NCBI GenBank assembly: GCA_947584375.1
Contig: CANPWL010000005.1
Location: 19,877 to 83,876 of the forward strand
Reading direction: 5' to 3'
Source: an uncultured Clostridia bacterium
Lineage (GTDB): Bacteria; Bacillota; Clostridia; Oscillospirales; Ruminococcaceae
DNA length: 64,000 nt
Positions 47,793 through 59,459 of the stretch are shown here, piece by piece (within the stretch, counting starts at the first letter, position 1; each line of letters opens with the position of its first letter). The translations under genes were made by a program, and so were the position numbers. The notes below the pieces were generated by a model. The model had not been told where the DNA came from, did no database searches, and was given only the letters and a program-made list of their open reading frames with translations.

Positions 47793-49445
47793 ATGATTAA
47801 ATGCTTAGGTAAAAGTGTTTTCGGCGGAATTGCAGTCGGAAGAATTAAAATAATCCAAAAAAGCCTTAAGGAAATCAAATATGTAAAAACAGATAATACT
47901 GATGCTGAGATTTCAAGATTTAACCATGCAAGAGATAGAGCCATACGAGAGCTTCAGAAATTATACGAAAAAGCACTGAAGGAGGTCGGCGAGCAAAACG
48001 CATCGATATTTCATATCCATCAAATGATGCTAAACGATGTAGATTACACAAACTCCGTCGAGGGAATTTTAAGAAATCAGGGTGCAACTGCCGAGTTTGC
48101 AGTCGCTGTCACAAGGGATAACTTTTATAATATGTTTTCTTCAATGTCGGATGATTATATGAAATCAAGAGCCGCAGATGTTAAAGATGTTTCCGAAAGA
48201 GTTATAAGGATTTTGTGCCATGCTGAAACAAGCATAATGGATTCAAAAATACCGTCCATTATAGTCGCTGATGATTTAGCTCCAAGCGAAGCCGTTCAGC
48301 TTGATAAAGATATGGTTTTGGCTTTTGTTACAGTGCACGGAAGCTCTAATTCTCATACTGCAATACTTGCAAGAACTATGAATATTCCTGCTATTATCGG
48401 TGCAGACATTCCGCTTGACGGCTCAATAAACGGTAAAATGGCTATTGTTGACGGTTATAACGGAGTAATTTATATAGAGCCCGACAGCCGTCTTGCGAAT
48501 GAAATGCAATTAAAACAAGAGGAGGACCTATTCAAAAAAAGACTTCTTTTAAAGCTCAAAGGAAAGGATACTGTGACCTCAGACGGCAAAAAGATCAAAC
48601 TTTATGCCAATATTGGAGATACAAAAGATTTAACCTTAGTTATTGACAACGACGCAGAGGGAATAGGTCTTTTCAGAAGTGAATTTATTTATCTCAGAAA
48701 GAACAGTTTCCCAACTGAAGAGGAGCAGTTTGAAATATATAAAACCGTTGCCGAAAAGCTATCGGGCAAACAAGTGATTATAAGAACTCTTGATATAGGT
48801 GCAGACAAACAGGCTGACTATTTTCATCTTGACAAAGAAGAAAATCCGGCATTGGGACTTCGTGCTATAAGAATATGTCTGACAAATCAAGAGATTTTCA
48901 AAACCCAGCTCAGAGCCTTATACAAAGCAAGCGCCTTCGGACAGATAGCAATTATGTATCCTTTGATCACTTCTGTCGAAGAGATTAAGGAAATTAAAAA
49001 AATTTCCGAAGAAGTTAAAAAAGAGCTTGATGAAAAAGGCATTTCTTATAATCGTGATATTAAAGAAGGTATTATGATTGAAACTCCCGCCGCAGCGCTT
49101 ATATCAGATAAGCTGGCAAAGGAAGTTGATTTCTTCAGCATAGGAACAAACGACCTTTCTCAATATACAATGGCAATAGATAGACAAAATTCAAAAGCCG
49201 ACAGATTTTATACTCCATATCATCTTGCAGTTCTTCGTATGATTAAAATGGTTGTGGACAATGCTCACAAAAACGGCATACGGGCAGGAGTATGCGGAGA
49301 GATGGGCGCAGATTTAAACATAACTGAAACCTTATTGAAAATCGGAGTTGACGAGCTTTCTGTTTCGCCATCTATGATCCTGCCGCTAAGAGATAAAATT
49401 TTAAAGACCGATACATCAAATATTGAATTGCAATATGATTTATAG
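47793..49445 (+). CDS. ptsI: Phosphoenolpyruvate-protein phosphotransferase (PTS Enzyme I)
   Basis: Phospho-His motif GSSNSHTAILARTM. FFSIGTNDLSQY and CGEMG motifs. Start set to ATG 47793 (SD AAGGGA 8 nt upstream). Confidence 0.9.
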   Translation: MIKCLGKSVFGGIAVGRIKIIQKSLKEIKYVKTDNTDAEISRFNHARDRAIRELQKLYEKALKEVGEQNASIFHIHQMMLNDVDYTNSVEGILRNQGATAEFAVAVTRDNFYNMFSSMSDDYMKSRAADVKDVSERVIRILCHAETSIMDSKIPSIIVADDLAPSEAVQLDKDMVLAFVTVHGSSNSHTAILARTMNIPAIIGADIPLDGSINGKMAIVDGYNGVIYIEPDSRLANEMQLKQEEDLFKKRLLLKLKGKDTVTSDGKKIKLYANIGDTKDLTLVIDNDAEGIGLFRSEFIYLRKNSFPTEEEQFEIYKTVAEKLSGKQVIIRTLDIGADKQADYFHLDKEENPALGLRAIRICLTNQEIFKTQLRALYKASAFGQIAIMYPLITSVEEIKEIKKISEEVKKELDEKGISYNRDIKEGIMIETPAAALISDKLAKEVDFFSIGTNDLSQYTMAIDRQNSKADRFYTPYHLAVLRMIKMVVDNAHKNGIRAGVCGEMGADLNITETLLKIGVDELSVSPSMILPLRDKILKTDTSNIELQYDL

Positions 49446-49558
49446 TCTAATTTGATTAAATCACGTAAGTACGCTGTGCTAAAAAATAAACCGTTTAATA
49501 AAACCTGTGATGAATTTGTTATGATAAATTTTATTTATCTGGATAATAAACAAGTTCT

Positions 49559-49596
49559 GCTCTTGGCGAAAACATTCAGCCAAGAGCTTTTTGTTG
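49559..49596 (+). terminator. Intrinsic terminator of ptsI
   Basis: 9-bp stem GCTCTTGGC / GCCAAGAGC followed by TTTTTGTTG. Confidence 0.75.
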
Positions 49597-49696
49597 CAAA
49601 AGTAATAATTTATTATTATAATGTTACTTGTCTATTTTATTAACAAAACAACATTTTTCAATAAATATTCGATAAAACAAAAAAATTATAAAAAAG

Positions 49697-49724
49697 TGAG
49701 ACTTTTTGCTTTTTAAAACGCTTA
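49697..49724 (+). promoter_or_regulatory. ECF-type (sigmaW/M-like) candidate autoregulatory promoter
   Basis: TGAGAC (49697-49702), 16 nt, CGCTTA (49719-49724), about 45 nt upstream of the sigma-factor start. Confidence 0.4.
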
Positions 49725-49768
49725 TATAATTATGAAGCAAATTTTTTGGTGACAAGAGGTGAAAATCT

Positions 49769-50320
49769 TTGACTACCGATGCAGAATATTACTTCCGATT
49801 TCTTGATGGTGACAGTTCAGGTCTTGAGGAATTGGTAAAAATGTTTAATGACAGTTTAATACTCTTTATCAACGGATATGTAAAAAATCTGTCGATAGCA
49901 GAAGATTTGGCAGCCGACACCTTTGCTGAACTTATAGTAAAGAGAAGTCCTTATGTTGAAAAATATTCATTTAAGACATGGCTGTTCAGAATAGCACGAA
50001 ATAACGCTATTGATTATATGCGAAAGCACAAAAGACATATTAACATTCCTTTGTCAGATAACGAATGTTCAGAAGAAGACGCTTTAGAGCGTTCAATTGT
50101 GAAAAGCGAACAGCAGTCAACGCTTCATTCTTCTCTGAAAAAATTAAAAAAAGATTACAGCGATGTTTTGTATCTTATTTATTTTGAACAGATGTCATAT
50201 GAAGAAGCAGGACTAATACTGAAAAAGAGCAGCAAACAAATAAAAAACCTAGTATTCAGAGCAAAACAGGCTCTGAGGGAAAACATGATAAAGGAGGGAT
50301 TTATCTATGAGGAGCTATAA
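49769..50320 (+). CDS. ECF-type RNA polymerase sigma-70 family factor
   Basis: 183 aa, TTG start with SD AGAGGTGA. Region 2 (WLFRIARNNAIDYMRK) and region 4 HTH (SYEEAGLILKKSSKQIKNLVFRAKQAL). Confidence 0.85.
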   Translation: MTTDAEYYFRFLDGDSSGLEELVKMFNDSLILFINGYVKNLSIAEDLAADTFAELIVKRSPYVEKYSFKTWLFRIARNNAIDYMRKHKRHINIPLSDNECSEEDALERSIVKSEQQSTLHSSLKKLKKDYSDVLYLIYFEQMSYEEAGLILKKSSKQIKNLVFRAKQALRENMIKEGFIYEEL

Positions 50321-51380
50321 AGAGCAAACCGAGAAAATTCTTGAACTTGCTGAACAGAAGAAAAACGCTCGTGAAAAGAGAAACCACATCATTGTGACAT
50401 TATCGTCGTTTGCAGCATGTGCATTAATAGCTTTGTTTTGCACTTCTTTGTTTTCCGGCGAAAATCAAAAAACTACTCTCCCTGTTCAAAGCAAAACTAT
50501 TATACGCCAAACGACATCAGTTTCTACCGTAAAGTCTGCTAAAACAAAAACTTCTAAGACTACTGATAATAAAAACACAAAAACCACTACACATCCCAAA
50601 TCGACTAAAAGCATAAAAAAAACAACTACTAAAAAACATGATGAAATAGTTATTATTCCTACAAAACCTACAAAAAGCAAGTCTACTATACCAGATAAAT
50701 ATCTCTCAAACAAGGACTTGATTGAAAATGACAGCGACGTTATACTATATAATGGAAAATCTTATGTTAAAACCTGTTCGCTGGTGGAAACCGAAATATC
50801 AAAAACAAATCTTCTATGTGATTATATAGGAAAAACATCCGGGAAAATAGATAACACAGCCACAGATGAGATAACCTCCAATGTAAACGGTAAGGTCTAT
50901 ACAATAAACGGATATTCTGACAGCTTTAGGCTGGGAATGGTCACAAAAGATAAATCAAAAGGAGAAAATTATATATATATCTTTGATAATCTTTACAGCC
51001 TTGAAAACACTGTCGTGTCTAATGGTTCAGAGCTTTTTAACAACGTATTGCATATCGATAAGAATTTAAGCTATATAAATTATTTCAGCGGAACAAATCT
51101 GAAAATAGCTTCGCTTAATCAAAGTAACATTACCACAAAAATTTCTGAAAAATATCAAAAGCCGTTCATTGACAGTTTAAATAACGCCGTTCTTATAAAA
51201 GATGATGAATCTGTATTTGATAATGAAGATAAAAAGGTTGTTCTGTTTTTTAATATGATTGATGAAACAACCGTTGAAATATATCTTACAAAGAACGGAT
51301 ATATCTTCTGCGACGGACTGTATTTTAAAACCGATAGTAATATATTTTCAGAAGTTTACTATTCCCTTACAACAGAATAG
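50307..51380 (+). CDS. Putative anti-sigma factor: single-pass membrane protein with a Lys/Thr-rich linker and an extracytoplasmic domain
   Basis: 14-nt overlap with the sigma gene. Short cytoplasmic N-terminus, TM helix IIVTLSSFAACALIALFCTSLF. No recognisable zinc anti-sigma motif. Confidence 0.5.
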   Translation: MRSYKEQTEKILELAEQKKNAREKRNHIIVTLSSFAACALIALFCTSLFSGENQKTTLPVQSKTIIRQTTSVSTVKSAKTKTSKTTDNKNTKTTTHPKSTKSIKKTTTKKHDEIVIIPTKPTKSKSTIPDKYLSNKDLIENDSDVILYNGKSYVKTCSLVETEISKTNLLCDYIGKTSGKIDNTATDEITSNVNGKVYTINGYSDSFRLGMVTKDKSKGENYIYIFDNLYSLENTVVSNGSELFNNVLHIDKNLSYINYFSGTNLKIASLNQSNITTKISEKYQKPFIDSLNNAVLIKDDESVFDNEDKKVVLFFNMIDETTVEIYLTKNGYIFCDGLYFKTDSNIFSEVYYSLTTE

Positions 51381-51411
51381 TTTACAAATGCTCCCGACCC
51401 TTTTAAATATA

Positions 51412-51446
51412 AAAGCCATACAAGCAATTTATGCAAGTATGGCTTT
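51412..51446. terminator. Bidirectional terminator between the anti-sigma gene and the collagen-like gene
   Basis: 10-bp stem AAAGCCATAC / GTATGGCTTT. Confidence 0.7.
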
Positions 51447-51532
51447 ATCTATTTAACTTTACTGACTTTTATTTAAACGCGTTATTTATTATTACAAATA
51501 GTATAATAATTTCTATTTTATTCCTTTGCAGA

Positions 51533-53838
<2,306 letters not shown>

Positions 53839-54027
53839 TTTGAAGACCTCCTACCGTAATTACAACAGTCCCTAAAACAATAATATGATTATATGAAACA
53901 TTGTGTTACCAAAGACTATATCCTTTTGATTAGTGTATAATATAAGAAATATTCATAACTTAGAGCTTACTGTAAATAATAATATTGATTTTACTAATAC
54001 AAATCATAAGGTATAGGGAGGAACATT

Positions 54028-55323
54028 ATGCAATCAGTATGGAATGAAAACATCAGCCTTCCGCAGTTTCCAAGACTGAAGGGAACAAAAAAGACTGACG
54101 TTTTAATAATCGGCGGAGGTTTAGCCGGAATTTTATGTGCATATTATCTTAAACAAAAAGGGGTTGACTATATTCTCGCCGAGGGAGGGAAGATCTGCTC
54201 CGGCACAACTGCAAACACCACTGCTAAAATCACCTCACAGCATGGACTGATATATTATAAATTGCTGAAAAAGCTGGGAACAGAAAAAGCTTCTATGTAT
54301 CTTCATGCCAATCAGACCGCATTAAAAGAATACCAAAAGCTATGTGCAAATATCGACTGTGATTATGAGATAAAGGATAACTATGTCTACTCGGTCGATA
54401 ATATTTCTTTGCTGGAAAAGGAATTTTATGCTCTTTCAAAAATCGGATATAAAGCACATATTGTCAAAAATGTATCCCTGCCGTTTAAAACAGCAGGTGC
54501 TGTCAAGTTTTCAAGTCAGGCACAGTTTGATCCATTGAAATTTATATCAGTATTATGTAAGGATTTAAATATACTTGAAAACACCTTTGTTCGTGAGATC
54601 AGGGATAATACAGCCCTTGCCGACAGCGGAGAAATCAAGGCGGATAAAATAATTATCGCAACACATTTTCCGTTTATTAACAAGCATGGAAGCTATTTTT
54701 TAAAACTGTATCAGCACCGTTCCTACGTTATTGCCCTGCAAAACGCACCAAAGCTTAACGGTATGTATGTTGACGAAAGCAAAAAGGGACTGTCATTCAG
54801 AAATTACGGAGAATATCTCCTGCTGGGCGGAGGTTCGCACCGAACAGGCAAAAAGGGCGGAAACTGGTCTGAGCTCAGATCCTTTGCCGCAAGATATTAT
54901 CCAAACGCCAAAGAAAAATATCATTGGGCGGCACAGGATTGTATGAGCTTAGACGGCATTCCGTATATCGGTCATTATTCAAAGCGTATGAACGACCTTT
55001 ACGTTGCCACGGGCTTTAATAAATGGGGTATGACATCTTCAATGGTATCGGCAATGCTTTTAAGCGATATGGTATGCGGCAAAAAGCCGGTATGGGCTGA
55101 AGTTTTTGACCCGTCAAGAAGTATATTAACACCCCAACTTGCAGTAAACGCTTTCGAGGCAACAGTAAACCTGCTTACACCAACCGCCAAACGATGTCCG
55201 CATCTCGGCTGCGCATTAAAGTGGAACAGCGCAGAGCATTCATGGGACTGCCCTTGTCACGGCTCCCGCTTTACCAACGACGGTATCCTGATTGAAAATC
55301 CTTCGACAGGCAATCTAAAATAA
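54028..55323 (+). CDS. FAD-dependent oxidoreductase with a C-terminal Rieske [2Fe-2S] domain (YhfW-like)
   Basis: Dinucleotide-binding VLIIGGGLAGILCAY. Rieske CPHLGC...CPCHGS. Confidence 0.8.
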   Translation: MQSVWNENISLPQFPRLKGTKKTDVLIIGGGLAGILCAYYLKQKGVDYILAEGGKICSGTTANTTAKITSQHGLIYYKLLKKLGTEKASMYLHANQTALKEYQKLCANIDCDYEIKDNYVYSVDNISLLEKEFYALSKIGYKAHIVKNVSLPFKTAGAVKFSSQAQFDPLKFISVLCKDLNILENTFVREIRDNTALADSGEIKADKIIIATHFPFINKHGSYFLKLYQHRSYVIALQNAPKLNGMYVDESKKGLSFRNYGEYLLLGGGSHRTGKKGGNWSELRSFAARYYPNAKEKYHWAAQDCMSLDGIPYIGHYSKRMNDLYVATGFNKWGMTSSMVSAMLLSDMVCGKKPVWAEVFDPSRSILTPQLAVNAFEATVNLLTPTAKRCPHLGCALKWNSAEHSWDCPCHGSRFTNDGILIENPSTGNLK

Positions 55324-55333
55324 AATCTACAAC

Positions 55334-55378
55334 AAAAAAGCCATACTGACTTAAATTGTCGGCATGGCTTAAATTTTT
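55334..55378. terminator. Bidirectional terminator between the Rieske oxidoreductase gene and fabD
   Basis: Stem AAGCCAT (55338-55344) / ATGGCTT (55364-55370) with additional inner pairs. A-run before, TTTTT after. Confidence 0.6.
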
Positions 55379-55392
55379 GATTATATTCTTGA

Positions 55393-56319
55393 TTATGCGT
55401 TAATCTTCTCAAGCGCTTTTTCTAAGGTTTTCATATTCTCAACATTTGCAAATTCAACATCTGTAAGTGTTTTTCTTACAAGCCCGGTCAAAACCTTGTT
55501 AGGCCCAAGCTCAATAAACATATCAAAACCTTCATTTTTCATTTTTTCAAGCTCGCCGGTAAACTTAACAGGAGAAACTATATGCTTAGCCAAAAGCTCC
55601 TGCATATCTGAAAAATCAGTCAGCTTATCCCCTAAAACATTACTGTAAAAATCAACCTTCGGAGCATTAAATTTAACGTCTTTAATTGTCTCTTTAAACT
55701 CATCTGAAGCAGACTGCATAAGCTTTGAATGAAATGCCGACGCAACATTAAGCTTCATTGCTCTTGCCTTTTTCTCGACAAATACTTCTATTGCTTTATC
55801 TACGGCATCAATATCTCCTGCAATTACGGTTTGTACTGAGGAATTATAATTTACCGGAACAACATAGCCGTCAATTGAGCCGCAAACCTCTTCAACCTCG
55901 CCTGCGGATAAGCCTATAATTGCACACATAGCGCCCTTAGTGTTATCCGCCGCTTTCTGCATAGCATCACCTCTGGCTTTAATTACTCTAAAGCCGTCCT
56001 CAATATTAAGCATACCCGAACAAACCATTGCCGCATATTCTCCCAACGAGTGTCCGGCAACTGCTTCGCAATCAATTCCCTTTGCTCTCACTGCCTCCAA
56101 AGCGCAAAGCGATACTGCCATAATAGCAGGCTGCGAAACAACGGTTTTGTTAAGCTCTGTATCAGGACCCTCAAAAACTATCTTCGCAAGGTCATAGCCG
56201 AGAATGTCGTTTGCAGCAGAAAAAACCTTTTTCGCACCGTCAAAATTATCAAACAATTCCTTTGCCATCCCTACATACTGTGAACCCTGACCCGAAAACA
56301 TAAATACATTTTTAGACAT
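55393..56319 (-). CDS. fabD: Malonyl-CoA:ACP transacylase
   Basis: 308 aa. FSGQGSQ and active-site GHSLGEY motifs. Confidence 0.93.
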   Translation of the reverse strand: MSKNVFMFSGQGSQYVGMAKELFDNFDGAKKVFSAANDILGYDLAKIVFEGPDTELNKTVVSQPAIMAVSLCALEAVRAKGIDCEAVAGHSLGEYAAMVCSGMLNIEDGFRVIKARGDAMQKAADNTKGAMCAIIGLSAGEVEEVCGSIDGYVVPVNYNSSVQTVIAGDIDAVDKAIEVFVEKKARAMKLNVASAFHSKLMQSASDEFKETIKDVKFNAPKVDFYSNVLGDKLTDFSDMQELLAKHIVSPVKFTGELEKMKNEGFDMFIELGPNKVLTGLVRKTLTDVEFANVENMKTLEKALEKINA

Positions 56320-56378
56320 AAACCTACTCCTTATCTTTATTTATTAGCAATCAAACAATTGTTATTCACAAATAAATG

Positions 56379-56407
56379 TTGACCTTTTTACATAAAAATA
56401 GTATAAT
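56379..56407 (+). promoter_or_regulatory. Near-consensus sigma-A promoter of the fabH operon (about 220-nt leader)
   Basis: TTGACC (56379-56384), 17 nt, TATAAT (56402-56407). Confidence 0.65.
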
Positions 56408-56626
56408 ATATAACATCAACCAAGTGTATGCCACCGAAAAGGCAGTTTGATTTTATAGTTGCGTCTGAAAATATTTTTAGTTTTTGCAGTGTTAGCAGTG
56501 TTATCTGAATATCTTATCTTAATAAAGGTTATATATTTATGTAAAAACTTATTTTTACTGACGCTCAGTCAAGATTATATCATTTTTTTATAATTTTTTC
56601 AATATGAAAGCGAGAGGAATTTTTAT

Positions 56627-57622
56627 ATGACCGGTGTAAATATCATTGGCGTAGGTAAATACGTTCCCGATTTAATAGTTACAAACGATATGTTATCTGA
56701 AATAGTAGAGACCAACGATGAATGGATCACAACAAGAACAGGAATAAAATCCAGACACATAACAAACGGTGAACCGACATATCATCTCGGGGCAATGTCT
56801 GCTAGAGAAGCTGTTAAAGACGCAGGTATTGACCCAAAGGACATCGGTCTTATAATCGTAACGACCATTACAAATGATTTTTCAACGCCGTCTGTTGCCT
56901 GTCTTATTCAAAGAGAGATCGGAGCTATCGGCTCAATGGCTATTGATGTAAACTGTGCATGCTCCGGATTTGTATATGCCTTTGATATGGCAAAAAGATA
57001 CTTAGAAACAGATAAAAATCTTAAATACGTTTTAGTAGTTTCCGCTGAAGAACTTTCAAAAATCACTGATTATACCGATCGTTCAACCTGCGTTTTATTC
57101 GGTGACGGAGCAGCAGCGGTAGTTCTAGAGAAAAGTGAAAACAAGATTTTCTCAAGCTATCTGGGCGCTGACGGAACGGGAGCTGAATTTCTTCTTGCCA
57201 GAAGCTATCAGTCTGAAACTCCGTTCACTGCTAATCATGAGATATTTGACGATAAGATGCCTGCCGGAAACAGTCATTATCTATTCCAAAACGGTAAAGA
57301 GGTTTATAAGTTTGCAACAAGAACTTTACCTGTTGCAGTTAATAATTCTTGTGAAAAAATAGGCATAACTCCTGATGAACTGGACATTATCATTCCGCAT
57401 CAAGCAAATGTGAGAATAATTGAAACTGCCGCTAAAAACCTACATCTTTCTATGGACAAGTTCTATTTGAACCTTGATACTCACGGAAACACGTCCAGCG
57501 CTTCTATTCCGCTTGCGTTATATGACGCTGTGAAAGACAAAAATCTGAAGCGTGGCGATAAAGCGTGTATAGTGGGCTTTGGTGCAGGACTCACTTACGG
57601 CGGAGTTGTATTTGAATTTTAA
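56627..57622 (+). CDS. fabH: 3-oxoacyl-ACP synthase III
   Basis: Catalytic Cys context NCACSGFVYA. HQAN and GNTSSAS motifs. Confidence 0.93.
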   Translation: MTGVNIIGVGKYVPDLIVTNDMLSEIVETNDEWITTRTGIKSRHITNGEPTYHLGAMSAREAVKDAGIDPKDIGLIIVTTITNDFSTPSVACLIQREIGAIGSMAIDVNCACSGFVYAFDMAKRYLETDKNLKYVLVVSAEELSKITDYTDRSTCVLFGDGAAAVVLEKSENKIFSSYLGADGTGAEFLLARSYQSETPFTANHEIFDDKMPAGNSHYLFQNGKEVYKFATRTLPVAVNNSCEKIGITPDELDIIIPHQANVRIIETAAKNLHLSMDKFYLNLDTHGNTSSASIPLALYDAVKDKNLKRGDKACIVGFGAGLTYGGVVFEF

Positions 57623-57661
57623 GTTTAGTCAAATTAAAATTGACAGAAATGAGGGAATTAA

Positions 57662-58591
57662 ATGAATACTAAAATCACAGAGCTTTTAGGTATTAAACAC
57701 CCCATTATTCAAGGCGGTATGGCATGGATCGCAGAGTCAACTCTTGCATCTGCTGTTTCAAACGCAGGCGGACTGGGACTTATAGCAGGCGGCTCTGCTC
57801 CTATTGACTATTTAAGAGAGCAGATAAGAAAAACCAAGGAAGCCGTAAACGGCAAGCCTTTCGGCGTTAATGTTATGCTTATGTCACCTAATACCGAAGA
57901 CTTAGCTAAGCTTGTTATAGAGGAAGAAGTTCCTGTTGTCACAACGGGTGCGGGAAATCCCAGTAAATATATGGACGCTTGGAAAAATGTCGGAATAAAA
58001 GTTATACCTGTTGTTCCGTCGGTGGCTCTTGCAAAGAGAATGGAGCGTTCTGGCGCAGACGCTGTTGTAGCTGAGGGTACAGAGTCAGGCGGACACATAG
58101 GAGAGAACACAACAATGTGTCTTGTTCCGCAAGTGGTTGACGCACTTGAAATCCCCGTTATTGCAGCAGGAGGTATAGCAGACGGCAGGGGAATTGCCGC
58201 ATCTATTATGCTGGGTGCTGAAGGCGTTCAGGTCGGAACACGTTTTCTCGCCGCAGAAGAATGTCAGATCCATCCGAAATATAAAGACCTTATTATAAAA
58301 GCTAAGGACACCGACAGTATTGTTACGGGAAGAACAACCGGTCATCCTTGCAGAAATATCAAAACAAAATTTTCAAAGAAACTTGCTTCAGGCGAAAAGG
58401 ACGGCAGCATCACACCTGACGAGTTTGAGGAGATCACACTCGGCTCATTAAGAAAAGCCGTTCAGGACGGAAACCTAGAGGAAGGCTCGTTCTTATGCGG
58501 AGCTATCGCAGGTATGATAACTGATGTCAAGTCCTGCAAGGAAATTATTGAGGAAATGTTTTCACAGGCTGAAGGTCTGTTGAACAAATAA
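57662..58591 (+). CDS. fabK: Enoyl-ACP reductase II (FMN-dependent, FabK type)
   Basis: NPD-like TIM barrel (IIQGGMAWI, GTESGGH). Position within the fab cluster. Confidence 0.85.
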   Translation: MNTKITELLGIKHPIIQGGMAWIAESTLASAVSNAGGLGLIAGGSAPIDYLREQIRKTKEAVNGKPFGVNVMLMSPNTEDLAKLVIEEEVPVVTTGAGNPSKYMDAWKNVGIKVIPVVPSVALAKRMERSGADAVVAEGTESGGHIGENTTMCLVPQVVDALEIPVIAAGGIADGRGIAASIMLGAEGVQVGTRFLAAEECQIHPKYKDLIIKAKDTDSIVTGRTTGHPCRNIKTKFSKKLASGEKDGSITPDEFEEITLGSLRKAVQDGNLEEGSFLCGAIAGMITDVKSCKEIIEEMFSQAEGLLNK

Positions 58592-58634
58592 ATTTATTTC
58601 AAATTTAAAAGATTCATAACGGAGGATAAAATAT

Positions 58635-59375
58635 ATGGCAACAGCAATAGTTACAGGCGCGTCACAAGGAATAGGCGCTTGCGTAATAAAAAGACTTGCA
58701 AAGGACGGCTTTGATTGTGTAGTAAATTGCTATCCAAGCGACAATGATAAAGCCAATGCAGAAGTTGTTAAGGCAGAATGTGAAAGCTTTGGAGTTAAAG
58801 CAATTGTTTATCCTTGCGATGTTTCAAAATATGACGACTGCGAAAAAATGGTCAAGGATATTAAGACTGAGCTCGGTTCAATTGACGTTTTAGTAAACAA
58901 CGCAGGTATCACTAAAGACGGACTTCTTGCACGTATGAGCGAAGAACAATATGATGCTGTTATTGCCGTAAACCAAAAAAGCGTATTCAATATGATGAAG
59001 CATGTCGGCTCTGTTATGATGCGCCAAAGAAACGGAAAAATCGTTAATCTTGCTTCTGTTGCAGGTCTTTACGGAAATCCGGGACAATTTAACTATTCTG
59101 CGTCAAAGGCGGCTATTATCGGTATGACAAAAACTGCGGCTAAGGAGCTTGGATCAAGAAACGTAAACGTAAATGCTGTCGCACCGGGTTTTATCAAAAC
59201 TCCTATGACTGACGCTTTGACAGATGAGCAGAGGAACGCTATGCTTTCAGTAATCGCTATGAAACGATATGGAACTGTTGACGAAATCGCAGGCGTTGTG
59301 TCTTTCTTGGTTTCCGAGGATGCAAGCTATGTTACAGGACAGGTTATTGAAATAAGCGGCGGGCTTTCAATGTAA
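58635..59375 (+). CDS. fabG: 3-oxoacyl-ACP reductase
   Basis: SDR motifs TGASQGIG, NNAG, YSASKAA. Confidence 0.92.
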   Translation: MATAIVTGASQGIGACVIKRLAKDGFDCVVNCYPSDNDKANAEVVKAECESFGVKAIVYPCDVSKYDDCEKMVKDIKTELGSIDVLVNNAGITKDGLLARMSEEQYDAVIAVNQKSVFNMMKHVGSVMMRQRNGKIVNLASVAGLYGNPGQFNYSASKAAIIGMTKTAAKELGSRNVNVNAVAPGFIKTPMTDALTDEQRNAMLSVIAMKRYGTVDEIAGVVSFLVSEDASYVTGQVIEISGGLSM

Positions 59376-59459
59376 TTTTAATTTACTTTCAATTACTAAG
59401 ATGCGGCTGTCTTTTAAAACTAAATAAATTACAGTTTTCAAAGAAAGGATATATAGTCT

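Noticed and set aside
53839-54027. Idea that the ECF sigma factor controls the convergent glycosyltransferase/collagen-like operon
   Set aside because: Reading the minus strand upstream of the GT gene, I found no TGAGAC-N16-CGC-like motif, only weak sigma-A-like elements. The link is unsupported by sequence.
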